The notes beneath the pieces are model-generated. The model was not told the origin of the DNA and searched no databases. It saw nothing but the letters and a program-made list of their open reading frames with translations. 36,420 bases of DNA from assembly GCF_031389465.1 (NCBI RefSeq), contig NZ_JANMSQ010000026.1, positions 1-36,420 of the forward strand, in the 5' to 3' direction. A program made the position numbers and the translations under genes. Origin of the DNA: Pseudolysinimonas sp. (lineage in GTDB: Bacteria; Actinomycetota; Actinomycetes; Actinomycetales; Microbacteriaceae). Positions 18,699 to 28,082 of this stretch are shown one piece after another (the stretch's first letter is position 1; every line of letters begins with the position of its first letter).

Positions 18699-20048
18699 CT
18701 AGCTTGCCCGTCTCGGAGCAGCATCCAGCCGATAACGCCAGAACGGGATCGCGGAGAGCAGGCACGACACGGCGGGCACCAAGGTGATCGCGAGCCACAC
18801 CGTGTTCTGCATCGCCGGGGTCACGACGACGCCCTCCTCGTAGCCGGCGAGCACGACGAAGATGCCGAAGAGCAGCACCGAGAACGCACTCATCACCTTC
18901 GTCACGAAGGTCAGCGTCGCGAACGAGATGCCGTCGTTGCGCACGCCGGTGGTCTCTTCGGCGCGGTCGACGGCATCCGCGATCATCGTCGTCTGGGAGA
19001 CCAGGAAGATGCCGAGCAGCAGCCCGGTGAGGAAGATGAACGACGTCAGCACGACGATGTTCTCGAACCCCACGAAGTACATGGCGACGTAGACAGCCGC
19101 GCCGGCGAAGCACGTTAAGAGGATGAGGGTGCGCCCGGGGATGCGCCGCATCAGCAGCGGGGTGGTGAACGACGCGATCACCATGCCGCCGATGATTCCC
19201 GCGCCAACGATCGTGAACACCGTCTCGTCGTTGTAGGCGATGACGACGAACACGGCACCGCCGGCCTGCACGACGTATCGGCCCGCGCCGAGCACCGAGC
19301 CGGCGAGCACCGACAGCAGCGGCTTGTTGGCGAACAGCGCCGCGAAGAGTTGCCGGAACGAGAGCGGGTCGGTCGTGATGACCTTCTCGCGTGGTACGAA
19401 GAACGCGAGGAGGTAGACCCCCATCCCGACCACCACGGTCACGGTGACCGCAAGCGTCCAGCCGGTGCCGGTGGTCTCGGGCCCGAAGCTCAACAGATGG
19501 GCGAGGTACGGCATCCCGAGCGTCGCGAGCCCGAGCGCGATCGCGCTGAACGCCCGTACATTGCCGATCACTCGAGCGCGCGACGGCTTCTCGGGGAATG
19601 CCGAGCCGATGAGCCCCCACAGCGGCACGTCACACGCCGCATAGACGAGCCCCCAGATGAGGTAGCAGACCGCGAAGTACCAGAGCTGCACGGGCTCGGC
19701 GGCATCGGGTACCGCGAACAGCAGCGCCGAGAGGATCGCGACCGGGGCCGCAGAGAACAGGATGAAGGGCCGCATCTTGCCCCACCGCGTGCGGGTCTTG
19801 TCGACGAGGCTGCCCACCACGGGGTCAGCGATCGCGTCGATGATGCGTGCGGCGGTGAGGGTGACGGTGACGATCGCGATGCCTTCGGTGCTGATCTTCG
19901 CGTACTGCACCAGGTAGAGCAGCAGGAAGGTGGTGACCGTCGCGTAGACGAGGTTCTGACCGAAGGCGGCGGTCACGATCGCGACGCTTTGCGCGCGGCG
20001 ACTCGGGTCAGGTCGGGTGGCGCGGGACGTCGTCGTCACAGTGCTCAT
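18699..20048 (-). CDS. MFS glycoside-pentoside-hexuronide (GPH/MelB-like) transporter
   Basis: RIIDAIADPVVGSLVDKTRTRWGKMRPF and MIADAVD...TGVRNDG motifs; about 12 TM segments. Confidence 0.92.
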   Translation of the reverse strand: MSTVTTTSRATRPDPSRRAQSVAIVTAAFGQNLVYATVTTFLLLYLVQYAKISTEGIAIVTVTLTAARIIDAIADPVVGSLVDKTRTRWGKMRPFILFSAAPVAILSALLFAVPDAAEPVQLWYFAVCYLIWGLVYAACDVPLWGLIGSAFPEKPSRARVIGNVRAFSAIALGLATLGMPYLAHLLSFGPETTGTGWTLAVTVTVVVGMGVYLLAFFVPREKVITTDPLSFRQLFAALFANKPLLSVLAGSVLGAGRYVVQAGGAVFVVIAYNDETVFTIVGAGIIGGMVIASFTTPLLMRRIPGRTLILLTCFAGAAVYVAMYFVGFENIVVLTSFIFLTGLLLGIFLVSQTTMIADAVDRAEETTGVRNDGISFATLTFVTKVMSAFSVLLFGIFVVLAGYEEGVVVTPAMQNTVWLAITLVPAVSCLLSAIPFWRYRLDAAPRRAS

Positions 20049-22972
20049 TGATTCTCCAGGTGGATGGTCAGGATCTCGAAGGGACCGAGCTCGAGGCGTT
20101 CGAGGTCGGCGGGATGCTGGGGGCGTTCGAGCAGGTCGGTTACGGTCGCTCGGGAGTAGGCAGCACTCGTGCGCAGTGCGGTCACCGCCGGGCGACCGAG
20201 GCTCTCGTACATCCGCACCACCACTCCGTCGCCACTCTCAGCGGGCTTGATCGTCTCGATGATGACACCGGGATCGCTCGACGTGGCGAAGGAGGGAAGC
20301 GACACTCCTGGTCGGATGTGGAGCGGGTTGTTGAGCCGGTACCCATCGCGGATGACGCCCGTCAGGTCGCCCGCGGCGAACGGTCGGAACGCGTAGGTGA
20401 AGGCATGGGTGCCGCGGTCGGCGGTTCGGTCGGGAAAGGTCGGCGAGCGAAGCAGGGTGAGCGACAACAGCCCGCTTTTCGCCCGATGCCCGTACTTCGA
20501 GTCGTTGAGAACCGCGAAACCTCCCTCGGAGGTTTCTGTGGCGATCCACTTGTGCGCACAAATCTCGAACTGCGCCGTCTCGATGGGCCCGTTCTCGGTG
20601 GTCGGTCGCTCGATGTGTCCGAACTGGATCTCGCTCTTCGCGGCGTCGCCGTAGTGGGTGGGCCGAAAGTCGGCGCGCAGCATCCGGTGGGTCTCGTGCC
20701 AGCCGACGCGGGTCTCGAACCGCACGAGTGGCGACCCGGCTTCGAGGATCACGCGCTGCTCGATGCGCGAGCGACCGAAGCGGTAGACCTGGGTGCGCAC
20801 GGCTGTCGGGCCGTCGATCTCGGTGGACACGGAAGAAGGCCGCAGCACGCGCGGCGAGCGATCGAGGTAGCCTCGTCCGATGTCCCAGGCGTCCCAGGGC
20901 ACCTGGTACCGGTCGCGGTGCAGCACAAGCCGGTTGAGTCCGTCGCGGGCATGCTCGGTTCCGGCCGGGTCGAGGCACGACACGATCTCCCCGGTGCGGC
21001 CGAAGCGCAAGGTCAGGATGCCGTTGCTCAGGACGTCGTCAGTCGCCCGCAGCTTCGGGTGCGGTTCGGCGGGCTCAAGCGGCGCCGCAGCATACGGTTC
21101 GACCCGAGCTCGGAACCAGGAGTCGCCGACCCGCACGTGCTCGTCGCGCGGCACGCCGCTGAGGTTGAGTGCCGACGGCTCATCGCCACTCGTCGGCAGT
21201 TCAGCGAGGCGGGCGTCGGAGTAGACATCCAGCTCGTCGGCGACCCGCCGCAGCTCCTCGACCGACTCCTGGCTCACCCGCGCGATCGACGAGCCGGGCA
21301 GGATGTCGTGGAAGTGCTGAAGCAGCACGTCGCGCCAGTACTGTTCGAGCTCGTCGCGTGCCGGTCGACCGGTCATCGCGGCGAGCACCTCGGCGTCGTG
21401 CAGCTTCCTCTCGGCGATGCGGTTGTGTTTCTTGAGCGCGGCGTTCGTCGTGTACGTGCCCTGGTGGGCTTCGAGATACAGCTCCCCGTCGAACCGGTGA
21501 GTCACCTCGAGGGTCTCGAGCTTGCGGAAGAAGTCGCCGGCCCGCGAGTACTCGACCTTGGGCAGGCCCCGCAGGTCGGTCTCGCGCGCGGTCACCTCGA
21601 GGTGGATCTCGCCCGGCCCGCCGCCGCCGTCTCCTGAGCCGAAGACGAGGAGTGCCGCGCCGAGGTCCTTCTCGGGGTACTGCTTGAGCCCCTTGAGCAG
21701 GCCGTCGGCGGCTCCGCGCGAGTTGTAGTCGCCCTCGGGGGGCATGTGCACGAGTACCGTCGAGCCGTCGATGCCCGCCCAATGGAAGGTGCGGTACGGG
21801 TGCACGTTGAGCTTGTTCCACGCGAGCTTGATGGTCTGGAACCAGTCCATGCCGCTCTTCTTGAGGATCTGCGGCAGCGCCCCGGTGTAGCCGAAGGTGT
21901 CGGGCAGCCAACACAGCCTGAGGTCATCGTCGGTGAGCCCGAACTCCTGCTGCAGGAAACGTCGGCCGATCACCGCCTGCCGCACGAGCGACTCGCCACC
22001 GGGCAGGTTGGTGTCGGTCTCAACCCAGAACGAACCCTGAAGTTCGAGCCGGCCGAGCGCGACGGCGTGCTTCATGCGCGCGAAGAGGTCGGGGTGGGCG
22101 TCCTTCATCCACTGCATCTGCTGCGGTTGGGACGTGCCGAAGACGTAACCCGGCCGATCCTCGATGCTGGCGAGCGCTCGACTGTAGGTGCGGGCCGCCT
22201 TGCGTTTCGTTTCGCGCACCGGCCAGAGCCACGCCATGTCGAGGTGCCCGTGCCCGACGGCGCTGTACAGAAAGTCGTCGGTCGACGGGCGAGCGAGAGG
22301 CGCTGCGAGCACGGCTCGGGCGCGAGAGATGTCGCCGGCCTCGAAGTCCGACCAGGCGGCGTCGAGGTTCCGCCGCAACCCGCGCGCGAGGGCCGCGTCG
22401 TCGGTGGCGTGGGCGAGCACGGTGAGGGTCAGGTAGTCGTAGTAGAGACCGAACGCCTCGTCGTCGCGGGTCGCCAGGTGTGCTCCGTGAAACCGCCCGC
22501 GACCGACGGGGTAGATGACGAAGCCGTTGTGGGTGACGTCCGCGTACAGGTCGACGCGCTCATTGCTCAGGTCGACGCGTCGCACCGGGCGGAACTTGCC
22601 GCCGCTGTGCGGGAGGTCACCCTGCTGGAACACCGTGGTGACCGCATCCAGAATTTCGCCGCCGGGAGAGAACACGAGCCCCTCCCCGCGGATGCCGAGC
22701 ATGACGATCGGGTTCGAGATTCCGCTCGGCACCTCTCCGGTGAGGTGCAGCCACGCGCAGTCGAACACGCCGCCCCAGGTATCTCCCGGCAGGATCGGGC
22801 GGAACGCGGCGTGCGGGATGTCGTCGAACGCGATCGGCTCGGCGCTGCGCACCACCTCGGCCCGGAGCGGGGCGACCTTGCGGTAGATGCGGCGTCGGAT
22901 CTTGAGCAGGCGGCGGTACTCGCGTGGTTGCTCGGCGACGAGGCCGAACAACCATTCCGCGTATCGACGCAC
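20045..22972 (-). CDS. Alpha-mannosidase, glycoside hydrolase family 38 (cytoplasmic)
   Basis: GHGHLDMAWLW, WLPDTFGY nucleophile motif, GDGGGGP, GELYLEAHQGTYT and HFHDILPGS; no signal peptide. Confidence 0.93.
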   Translation of the reverse strand: MRRYAEWLFGLVAEQPREYRRLLKIRRRIYRKVAPLRAEVVRSAEPIAFDDIPHAAFRPILPGDTWGGVFDCAWLHLTGEVPSGISNPIVMLGIRGEGLVFSPGGEILDAVTTVFQQGDLPHSGGKFRPVRRVDLSNERVDLYADVTHNGFVIYPVGRGRFHGAHLATRDDEAFGLYYDYLTLTVLAHATDDAALARGLRRNLDAAWSDFEAGDISRARAVLAAPLARPSTDDFLYSAVGHGHLDMAWLWPVRETKRKAARTYSRALASIEDRPGYVFGTSQPQQMQWMKDAHPDLFARMKHAVALGRLELQGSFWVETDTNLPGGESLVRQAVIGRRFLQQEFGLTDDDLRLCWLPDTFGYTGALPQILKKSGMDWFQTIKLAWNKLNVHPYRTFHWAGIDGSTVLVHMPPEGDYNSRGAADGLLKGLKQYPEKDLGAALLVFGSGDGGGGPGEIHLEVTARETDLRGLPKVEYSRAGDFFRKLETLEVTHRFDGELYLEAHQGTYTTNAALKKHNRIAERKLHDAEVLAAMTGRPARDELEQYWRDVLLQHFHDILPGSSIARVSQESVEELRRVADELDVYSDARLAELPTSGDEPSALNLSGVPRDEHVRVGDSWFRARVEPYAAAPLEPAEPHPKLRATDDVLSNGILTLRFGRTGEIVSCLDPAGTEHARDGLNRLVLHRDRYQVPWDAWDIGRGYLDRSPRVLRPSSVSTEIDGPTAVRTQVYRFGRSRIEQRVILEAGSPLVRFETRVGWHETHRMLRADFRPTHYGDAAKSEIQFGHIERPTTENGPIETAQFEICAHKWIATETSEGGFAVLNDSKYGHRAKSGLLSLTLLRSPTFPDRTADRGTHAFTYAFRPFAAGDLTGVIRDGYRLNNPLHIRPGVSLPSFATSSDPGVIIETIKPAESGDGVVVRMYESLGRPAVTALRTSAAYSRATVTDLLERPQHPADLERLELGPFEILTIHLENQ

Positions 22973-22999
22973 GTCTCAAGGATGTCGTATGGCGGGCCC

Positions 23000-24592
23000 T
23001 TACAGGTCGACGATCTCCACCTGGCGCAGCACCGAGGCGTCGACATCCCGTTGGATGCCGGCGAGCAGCTCCTCGGGTACCGCCGAGTCGAGGGTCAGCA
23101 CGCTCAACTGATCGCTGCCCTTGCCGCGCCGGGCCATCTGCATGCCCGCGATGTTGATGGCGGCATCCCCGAGGGCCTTGCTGTAAATCGCGACGATACC
23201 GGGGCGGTCGGTGTACTGCATGACGACGAGGTGGCGGGCCATCGGCACCTCGAGGTCGTAGCCGTTGATTTCGGTGATCTTCTCGGCCTGCTTGGTGCCG
23301 GCGAGCGTGCCCGAGACCGAGAGGCGGGTGCCGTCGGTCGCGGTGCCGCGGATGCTGAGCACGTTGCGGTAGTCCTCGGCCACGGGATCGGTGGTGAGCC
23401 GCACGGTGATGCCGCGCTGCTCGGCGAGAAGCGGTGCGTTGACGTACGAGACGGTCTCGGTGACGGCCTGCGAGAAGACGCCCTTGAGCGCGGCGAGGCG
23501 CAGCACGCCGACCTCGAGTTCGGCGATCTCGCCGCGCACCTCGACGTCGATCGACTGCAGCGGTGCGTCGGCGAGGCCGGCGAACAGCTGGCCGAGGTGC
23601 TCCATGAGCGGGATGCCGGGACGAACCGTCGGGTCGATGACGCTGCCCGCCACGTTGACGGCATCCGGAACCAGTTCGCCGTCGAGCGCGAGCCGCACCG
23701 ACTTCGCGACGGAAACGCCCGCGCGCTCCTGCGCTTCGTCGGTCGAGGCGCCGAGGTGCGGCGTGACCACGATGTTCGGCGCCGAGGTCAGCACGTCGTC
23801 GGTCGGCGGTTCCGACGTGAAGACGTCGATGCCGGCTCCGGCAATCTCGCCATCGCGGAGGGCCCTCGCCAGCGCCGCTTCGTCGATGAGCCCACCGCGC
23901 GCGACATTGATCACGAAGGCGGTCTTCTTCATGCTCTTCAGCTGCGCCGCGCCGATCATGCCGGTCGTCTCGGGCGTCTTCGGCATGTGGATCGTCACGA
24001 AGTCGCTCGTCGCGAGCAGTTCGTCGAGCGGGAGGAGGGTCGCCCCTAGCTGCAGCGCTCGGGCCTCGGTGATGTAGGGGTCGTAGGCGACGATGTCGAC
24101 TCCGAACGCTTGCAGCCGAGCGGCGATGAGCGCGCCAATGCGGCCGAGGCCGATGATTCCGACCCGCTTCTCGTACAGCTCGACGCCGGTGTACTTCGAG
24201 CGCTTCCACTCGCCGGCCGCGAGGCTTGCGTGCGCGGCAGGGATGTGGCGCGCGAGCGAGAGGATGTGGCCGATCGTGAGCTCCGCGGCGCTGATGATGT
24301 TCGACGTCGGGGCGTTGACGACCATGACACCCGCCGTCGTGGCGGCGGCGATGTCGACGTTGTCGAGACCCACCCCGGCGCGGGCGACAACCTTCAGCGC
24401 GGGTGCCGCGGCGATCGCCTCGGCGTCGATCTGGGTGGCCGAGCGGATCAGCACCGCGTGGGCCGTGGCAAGCGCAGTGAGCAGGGCGAGCCGATCGGTT
24501 CCGTCGACGCTGCGGATGTCGAAGTCGGTTCCGAGGGCATCCACCGTGGCAGGGGAGAGTTCTTCGGCGATGAGAACGATCGGCTTGGGCAC
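23000..24592 (-). CDS. serA: D-3-phosphoglycerate dehydrogenase
   Basis: ARAGVGLDNVD, GLGRIG, INVARGGLIDE and TPHLGAST motifs; C-terminal ACT domain DRPGIV. Confidence 0.97.
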   Translation of the reverse strand: MPKPIVLIAEELSPATVDALGTDFDIRSVDGTDRLALLTALATAHAVLIRSATQIDAEAIAAAPALKVVARAGVGLDNVDIAAATTAGVMVVNAPTSNIISAAELTIGHILSLARHIPAAHASLAAGEWKRSKYTGVELYEKRVGIIGLGRIGALIAARLQAFGVDIVAYDPYITEARALQLGATLLPLDELLATSDFVTIHMPKTPETTGMIGAAQLKSMKKTAFVINVARGGLIDEAALARALRDGEIAGAGIDVFTSEPPTDDVLTSAPNIVVTPHLGASTDEAQERAGVSVAKSVRLALDGELVPDAVNVAGSVIDPTVRPGIPLMEHLGQLFAGLADAPLQSIDVEVRGEIAELEVGVLRLAALKGVFSQAVTETVSYVNAPLLAEQRGITVRLTTDPVAEDYRNVLSIRGTATDGTRLSVSGTLAGTKQAEKITEINGYDLEVPMARHLVVMQYTDRPGIVAIYSKALGDAAINIAGMQMARRGKGSDQLSVLTLDSAVPEELLAGIQRDVDASVLRQVEIVDL

Positions 24593-24670
24593 GCGGCAGT
24601 TCCTTCCGGGCGCACCGGCTCCGCGCCCCCGGTGAGCCTACCGGGGGCGCGGAGGGCGGGAACGCGCGGC

Positions 24671-25321
24671 CTAGTACGCGGCCGTGAAGCGCGCCCGCGG
24701 GTGAGCGTGCTTCTCGATTTCGTCGACGATCGCGAGGGCTAGGTCGGCCCCCGAAATCGTGGAGATGCCGTCGGCGTCCTTCAGCAGCACGTCGCCACCG
24801 AGACGGTAGGTGCCCTGCGACGGGGTCGCGAGCCACGAGCCGAAGTCGGCGGGCGGGCTCACGTAGAACCAGTCGAGCGCCTCGGGGGATGCCTTCAGCG
24901 TGGCGAGTGCCGCGACCCCGGTCTCGACTTCCGGGCGCACGTCCTCGGGCAGGTGATCCTTCGAGACCTCGAACACCGTCGGGCCGCCCTCCTCGGTCTG
25001 CAGCGACGACGCGCCGCCGACGTAGCCAAAGCGGGTCGGCGTGCCGGTGAGGCGGGTGATGAGGTCGTCGATCGCTGCTTCGACCTTGCCGGCCATGTCG
25101 CCACGCGGCGACAGGGCCGAGATGACGACATCCCGACCCGGCAGCACGGCGTCGAGCGTCGCGCTGTCGAGGGCGGATCCGACGACGTACTCGACGCCGT
25201 CGACGCGCGTCTCAGGTTCCGACCGGCTCACTGCGGTGACGTCGTGTCCGCGCTTCGCCGCCTCCGCGACGATCGCCGCCCCCGCGTAACCGGTGCCGCC
25301 CAGAATCGTGATGCGTGCCAT
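24671..25321 (-). CDS. NAD(P)H-binding oxidoreductase (flavin reductase / atypical SDR)
   Basis: ILGGTGYAG, VGGASSL, DWFYVSPP and ISGADLALAIVDEIE motifs; AAGGAG RBS. Confidence 0.9.
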   Translation of the reverse strand: MARITILGGTGYAGAAIVAEAAKRGHDVTAVSRSEPETRVDGVEYVVGSALDSATLDAVLPGRDVVISALSPRGDMAGKVEAAIDDLITRLTGTPTRFGYVGGASSLQTEEGGPTVFEVSKDHLPEDVRPEVETGVAALATLKASPEALDWFYVSPPADFGSWLATPSQGTYRLGGDVLLKDADGISTISGADLALAIVDEIEKHAHPRARFTAAY

Positions 25322-25344
25322 GTAGTGCTCCTTTACTCTCTTTC

Positions 25345-25397
25345 GGTAACTGGGTTACCATAAGTCATGCAAGCAGGAGAGCGGAAGTACGCACTTC
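25345..25397. promoter_or_regulatory. Dyads in the divergent promoter (GGTAAC-tgg-GTTACC; GAAGT-acgc-ACTTC), probable HxlR operators
   Basis: Two inverted repeats at 25345-25359 and 25384-25397 between the divergent oxidoreductase and hxlR genes. Confidence 0.5.
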
Positions 25398-25416
25398 GAA
25401 GTAAGGGAGGTACGTC

Positions 25417-25788
25417 GTGGTGAGTGTCCTGGCCTGGGACCCGTTCAAGCAGGAGTGCCCGTCACGCCGCCTGCTCGACCGCATCGGCGATCGGTGGACG
25501 GTGCTCATCGTCGTCACCCTCGCCCCGGGCCCTCAACGCTTTTCGGCGCTCGCCGCACAGGTCGGCGGCATCTCCCAGAAGATGCTGACCCAGACGCTGC
25601 GGTCGCTCGAGCGCGACGGGTTTGTCACGCGAACCGTCTACCCCCAGATTCCGCCCCGCGTCGAGTATGAGCTGACGGCCCTCGGTCGGTCGCTCCTCGG
25701 GCCGCTCCGTGCACTCGAAGAGTGGGCGGTCGAGAACATGACAGAGGTTGTCGAGCACCAGCAGGAGTATCAGGCCAGCTCCGCCTAA
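25417..25788 (+). CDS. HxlR family winged-helix regulator
   Basis: [32 protein letters not shown] and PPRVEYELT motifs. Confidence 0.94.
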   Translation: MVSVLAWDPFKQECPSRRLLDRIGDRWTVLIVVTLAPGPQRFSALAAQVGGISQKMLTQTLRSLERDGFVTRTVYPQIPPRVEYELTALGRSLLGPLRALEEWAVENMTEVVEHQQEYQASSA

Positions 25789-25797
25789 GACGGGAAT

Positions 25798-25822
25798 GTC
25801 CCGGGACCGTCGATCCCGGGAC
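25798..25822. terminator. Hairpin between convergent genes
   Basis: GTCCCGGGA-ccgtcga-TCCCGGGAC, 9-bp stem. Confidence 0.55.
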
Positions 25823-25855
25823 TTCCGGTGCTGGTGCCGTGCGCGGCGAAGACTC

Positions 25856-26125
25856 TCATCGCGGCGGCAACAGGGTGTGATGGGCGCGATCCCAATCGAG
25901 TTCGCGCGCCTGTCGGGCTCGGGCGTTCTCCGCGTTCAGCGCGAGTTCCTCGCGGGACAGCGCGTAGCGGCGGCGGCCGTAGGTGATGAGCAACAGGCCC
26001 AGGCGTAGCGCGAGCTTGTCGAGAGCGCTCGGCCGTCGCGAGGTGAGTCGCGGGGCTTCGGCCTCGCCATGCGGCTGCAGGGCTCCGGCCTGTTGCGGCG
26101 GATGGGTGGACAGGGTCGTAGACAA
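25856..26125 (-). CDS. Small hypothetical protein (89 aa; LDKLALRLGLLLITYGRR core)
   Basis: TTG start at 26125 with a GAGGAA RBS; amphipathic basic helix. Confidence 0.7.
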   Translation of the reverse strand: MSTTLSTHPPQQAGALQPHGEAEAPRLTSRRPSALDKLALRLGLLLITYGRRRYALSREELALNAENARARQARELDWDRAHHTLLPPR

Positions 26126-26134
26126 GGTGGGTTC

Positions 26135-26319
26135 CTCACAGGCGTGATCGGTGCCGCTTGTGACGGCGATCGGGGCGTCGACCACATCGGGCCCGAGTGG
26201 GGCGTCGACGAGTCGTGAACGGGGCGTCGATCCGTGAGCAGTCGGTTCAGACTGCGGATTGGGGCTTCATCAGCATCGCCACCGTGAATCGGCAGCGGTT
26301 GCCCGAGAAGAGCGTCCGG
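26135..26319 (-). ncRNA. Candidate structured leader RNA with repeated (TC)GACGCCCC linkers between hairpins
   Basis: GGGGCGTCGA on the + strand at 26172, 26199 and 26221 plus a degenerate copy at 26261; interleaved stems such as GCAGTC-ggttca-GACTGC. Confidence 0.4.
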
Positions 26320-26397
26320 TTAGCCGAGACGGCAGGTGAGGATGCCGACGAAGCCGGCGGTACGAGTGGGGATCATCCCCGTGAGCACTGCGTTCAT
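26320..26397 (-). CDS. Unannotated 25-aa peptide MNAVLTGMIPTRTAGFVGILTCRLG (putative leader peptide)
   Basis: AAAGGAGG RBS upstream of ATG 26397, TAA stop at 26320, GC3-rich codons, and its own promoter. Confidence 0.65.
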   Translation of the reverse strand: MNAVLTGMIPTRTAGFVGILTCRLG

Positions 26398-26450
26398 GAT
26401 CAGCCGGCCTCCTTTCATCTATCGGCGTAGCGCGGAACCGCGCGTCGCCC

Positions 26451-26480
26451 ACGATAGCGGGGCGCGACGACGAGGATCAA
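26451..26480 (-). promoter_or_regulatory. Putative sigma70 promoter TTGATC-N18-TATCGT for the peptide/leader transcript
   Basis: -35 at 26480-26475 and -10 at 26456-26451 on the minus strand. Confidence 0.5.
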
Positions 26481-26529
26481 GGGCCGCACGCGATAACGCG
26501 GCCTGAACTCGATATCGGATCGGTAACGA

Positions 26530-26832
26530 CTATGTCGCCGGCACCTTGTCGGGTTCCGGAATGACGCGCATGCCGGTCGTCGTGTTCGCCGAGTCGATCA
26601 ACAGGTCGAGCCACTCCCGGTTGATCTCGCCCGATTCTGCAGCGAACTCGAAGCGCAGGGTCGATGCGGTGTTGACCCAAATCGTCGAGCGACCACCCTT
26701 CGGGGCGTCGATCGTCAGGGCGAAGCTCTCGTTGCGTCGCAGCTTCGCGAGCACGACAAGCTCGACGTGCGCGAGAGCGCGGTCGTCAAACTCAAAGGTC
26801 GCGGGGGGCGAACCGTAGTGCAGAGATCCCAT
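26530..26832 (-). CDS. Small conserved actinobacterial protein (recalled as DUF7882-like), paralog 1
   Basis: MGSLHY...DDRALAHVELVVLAKLRRNESF...INREWL; leaderless TAGGAT-N7-ATG. Confidence 0.85.
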   Translation of the reverse strand: MGSLHYGSPPATFEFDDRALAHVELVVLAKLRRNESFALTIDAPKGGRSTIWVNTASTLRFEFAAESGEINREWLDLLIDSANTTTGMRVIPEPDKVPAT

Positions 26833-26879
26833 CCGGTCGATCCTATTCGGCGACCGGGTCGCGTGTGTAGCCTGACGGA

Positions 26880-27149
26880 GTGGCGAACGTGAACCGACTG
26901 ACCGTTGATGGGCGTGACTACTTCCTGCCTGACCCGGTGACGGACCTGAAGCACGAGATCCTTGTCGCCATCCAGTCCGGTGGCGGCTACGTCAACATCC
27001 CGCCCCTGCGTGGCGGCCCCGGGATCGACATTCTGTTCTCGCCCGGCCTGGGAGTGACCTGGTCGCAGATCGATGTCGGCGGCGACAACGAGGCGAGCGA
27101 TTCGGATGCCGACGGCTCGTCGTCGCAGGACGACCAGTACGGCATCTAG
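26880..27149 (+). CDS. Small hypothetical protein with an acidic tail
   Basis: Leaderless TAGCCT-N6-GTG; LTVDGRDYFL...AIQSGGGYVNI; good codon bias. Confidence 0.78.
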   Translation: MANVNRLTVDGRDYFLPDPVTDLKHEILVAIQSGGGYVNIPPLRGGPGIDILFSPGLGVTWSQIDVGGDNEASDSDADGSSSQDDQYGI

Positions 27150-27994
27150 AGCGACGCCACTCCGAGCAGGAAGGGGTCGAGGTCGTCGCCAGGCACGGGT
27201 GGCGCGAAGTAGAACCCTTGGGCGCGATCGCAGCCCCAGTGCATCACCCGGTCGAAGTGCTCCTGGGTCTCGACTCCTTCGGCAACGATGACGGCGTCCC
27301 GCTCTCGAGCGATCCCGATGCATCGACGCACCAGGTCATCGGTCGAACGGGCCGGGTCTTGTACGAGCGACTTGTCGATCTTCACCTCGGTGAGCGGCAG
27401 TCGCCGCACGAGGTCGAGTGACGTGTGCCCGGCTCCGAAGTCATCGATCGCAACCCCGACGCCGCCGTCGATGAGTGTCGTGAGAGTGGTGATGACGGCG
27501 CGGGAGTTCGAGATCGCCGGCGACTCGGTGACCTCGACGGTCAGTGCCCGATGGGGCAGCTCGAGTTCCGTCAGGCGCCTGAGGAGCGTCTCGGCGAAGC
27601 CGGGGCCGAGTTCACTCGGCGAGGCGTTGATCGCCATGCCGAGGGGGATGCCTCGGCGATGCCAGTCGGCGGCCAGACGGCCCGACTCTTCGAGCATGAA
27701 GTGGCCGACCGCGGCGATGAGCCCATACTGTTCGGCCACATCGATGAATCGCCGGGGCAACAGCAGCCCGTACCGAGGATGCCGCCAGCGGCACAGCGCC
27801 TCGAGCGCGACCACCCGTCCACTCGACAGGTCATATTGCGGTTGGTAGTAGGCGGTCAACTCACCGGCGATGAAGGCATGGCGGAGCTGTCCCGCCAGTT
27901 CTGCCTGTGTCGCGAAGTGCGACTCATCGCCCGGGCCCACCCTTCCAGGCTCACGGCCGTGGGGGTCGGGGTCAACGCTCGCCCGAGCATCCAT
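27146..27994 (-). CDS. Stand-alone EAL domain c-di-GMP phosphodiesterase
   Basis: YYQP, EALCRW, INAS, EVTES, IDDFGAG, VKIDKS, AEGVE and QGFYF motifs all present; no GGDEF or sensor domain. Confidence 0.93.
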   Translation of the reverse strand: MDARASVDPDPHGREPGRVGPGDESHFATQAELAGQLRHAFIAGELTAYYQPQYDLSSGRVVALEALCRWRHPRYGLLLPRRFIDVAEQYGLIAAVGHFMLEESGRLAADWHRRGIPLGMAINASPSELGPGFAETLLRRLTELELPHRALTVEVTESPAISNSRAVITTLTTLIDGGVGVAIDDFGAGHTSLDLVRRLPLTEVKIDKSLVQDPARSTDDLVRRCIGIARERDAVIVAEGVETQEHFDRVMHWGCDRAQGFYFAPPVPGDDLDPFLLGVASL

Positions 27995-28082
27995 TGCCGA
28001 CGTATACTACGCGCGCCATCGGGCGATCAAGGCCCCCCATTCCGAGCGCCACCGACGGAGTCAGGCGGGATATCGTCGGGTC

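Noticed and set aside
20048-24836. Long alternative ORFs (20048-21637 +, 21746-24049 +, 22617-24836 -)
   Set aside because: Antisense or off-frame shadows of GH38 and serA caused by high-GC codon bias; no recognisable motifs
26172-26230. GGGGCGTCGA x3 as a mini-CRISPR array
   Set aside because: Repeats are only 10 bp, spacers are 12-17 nt, and no cas genes are present; kept instead as a candidate RNA motif
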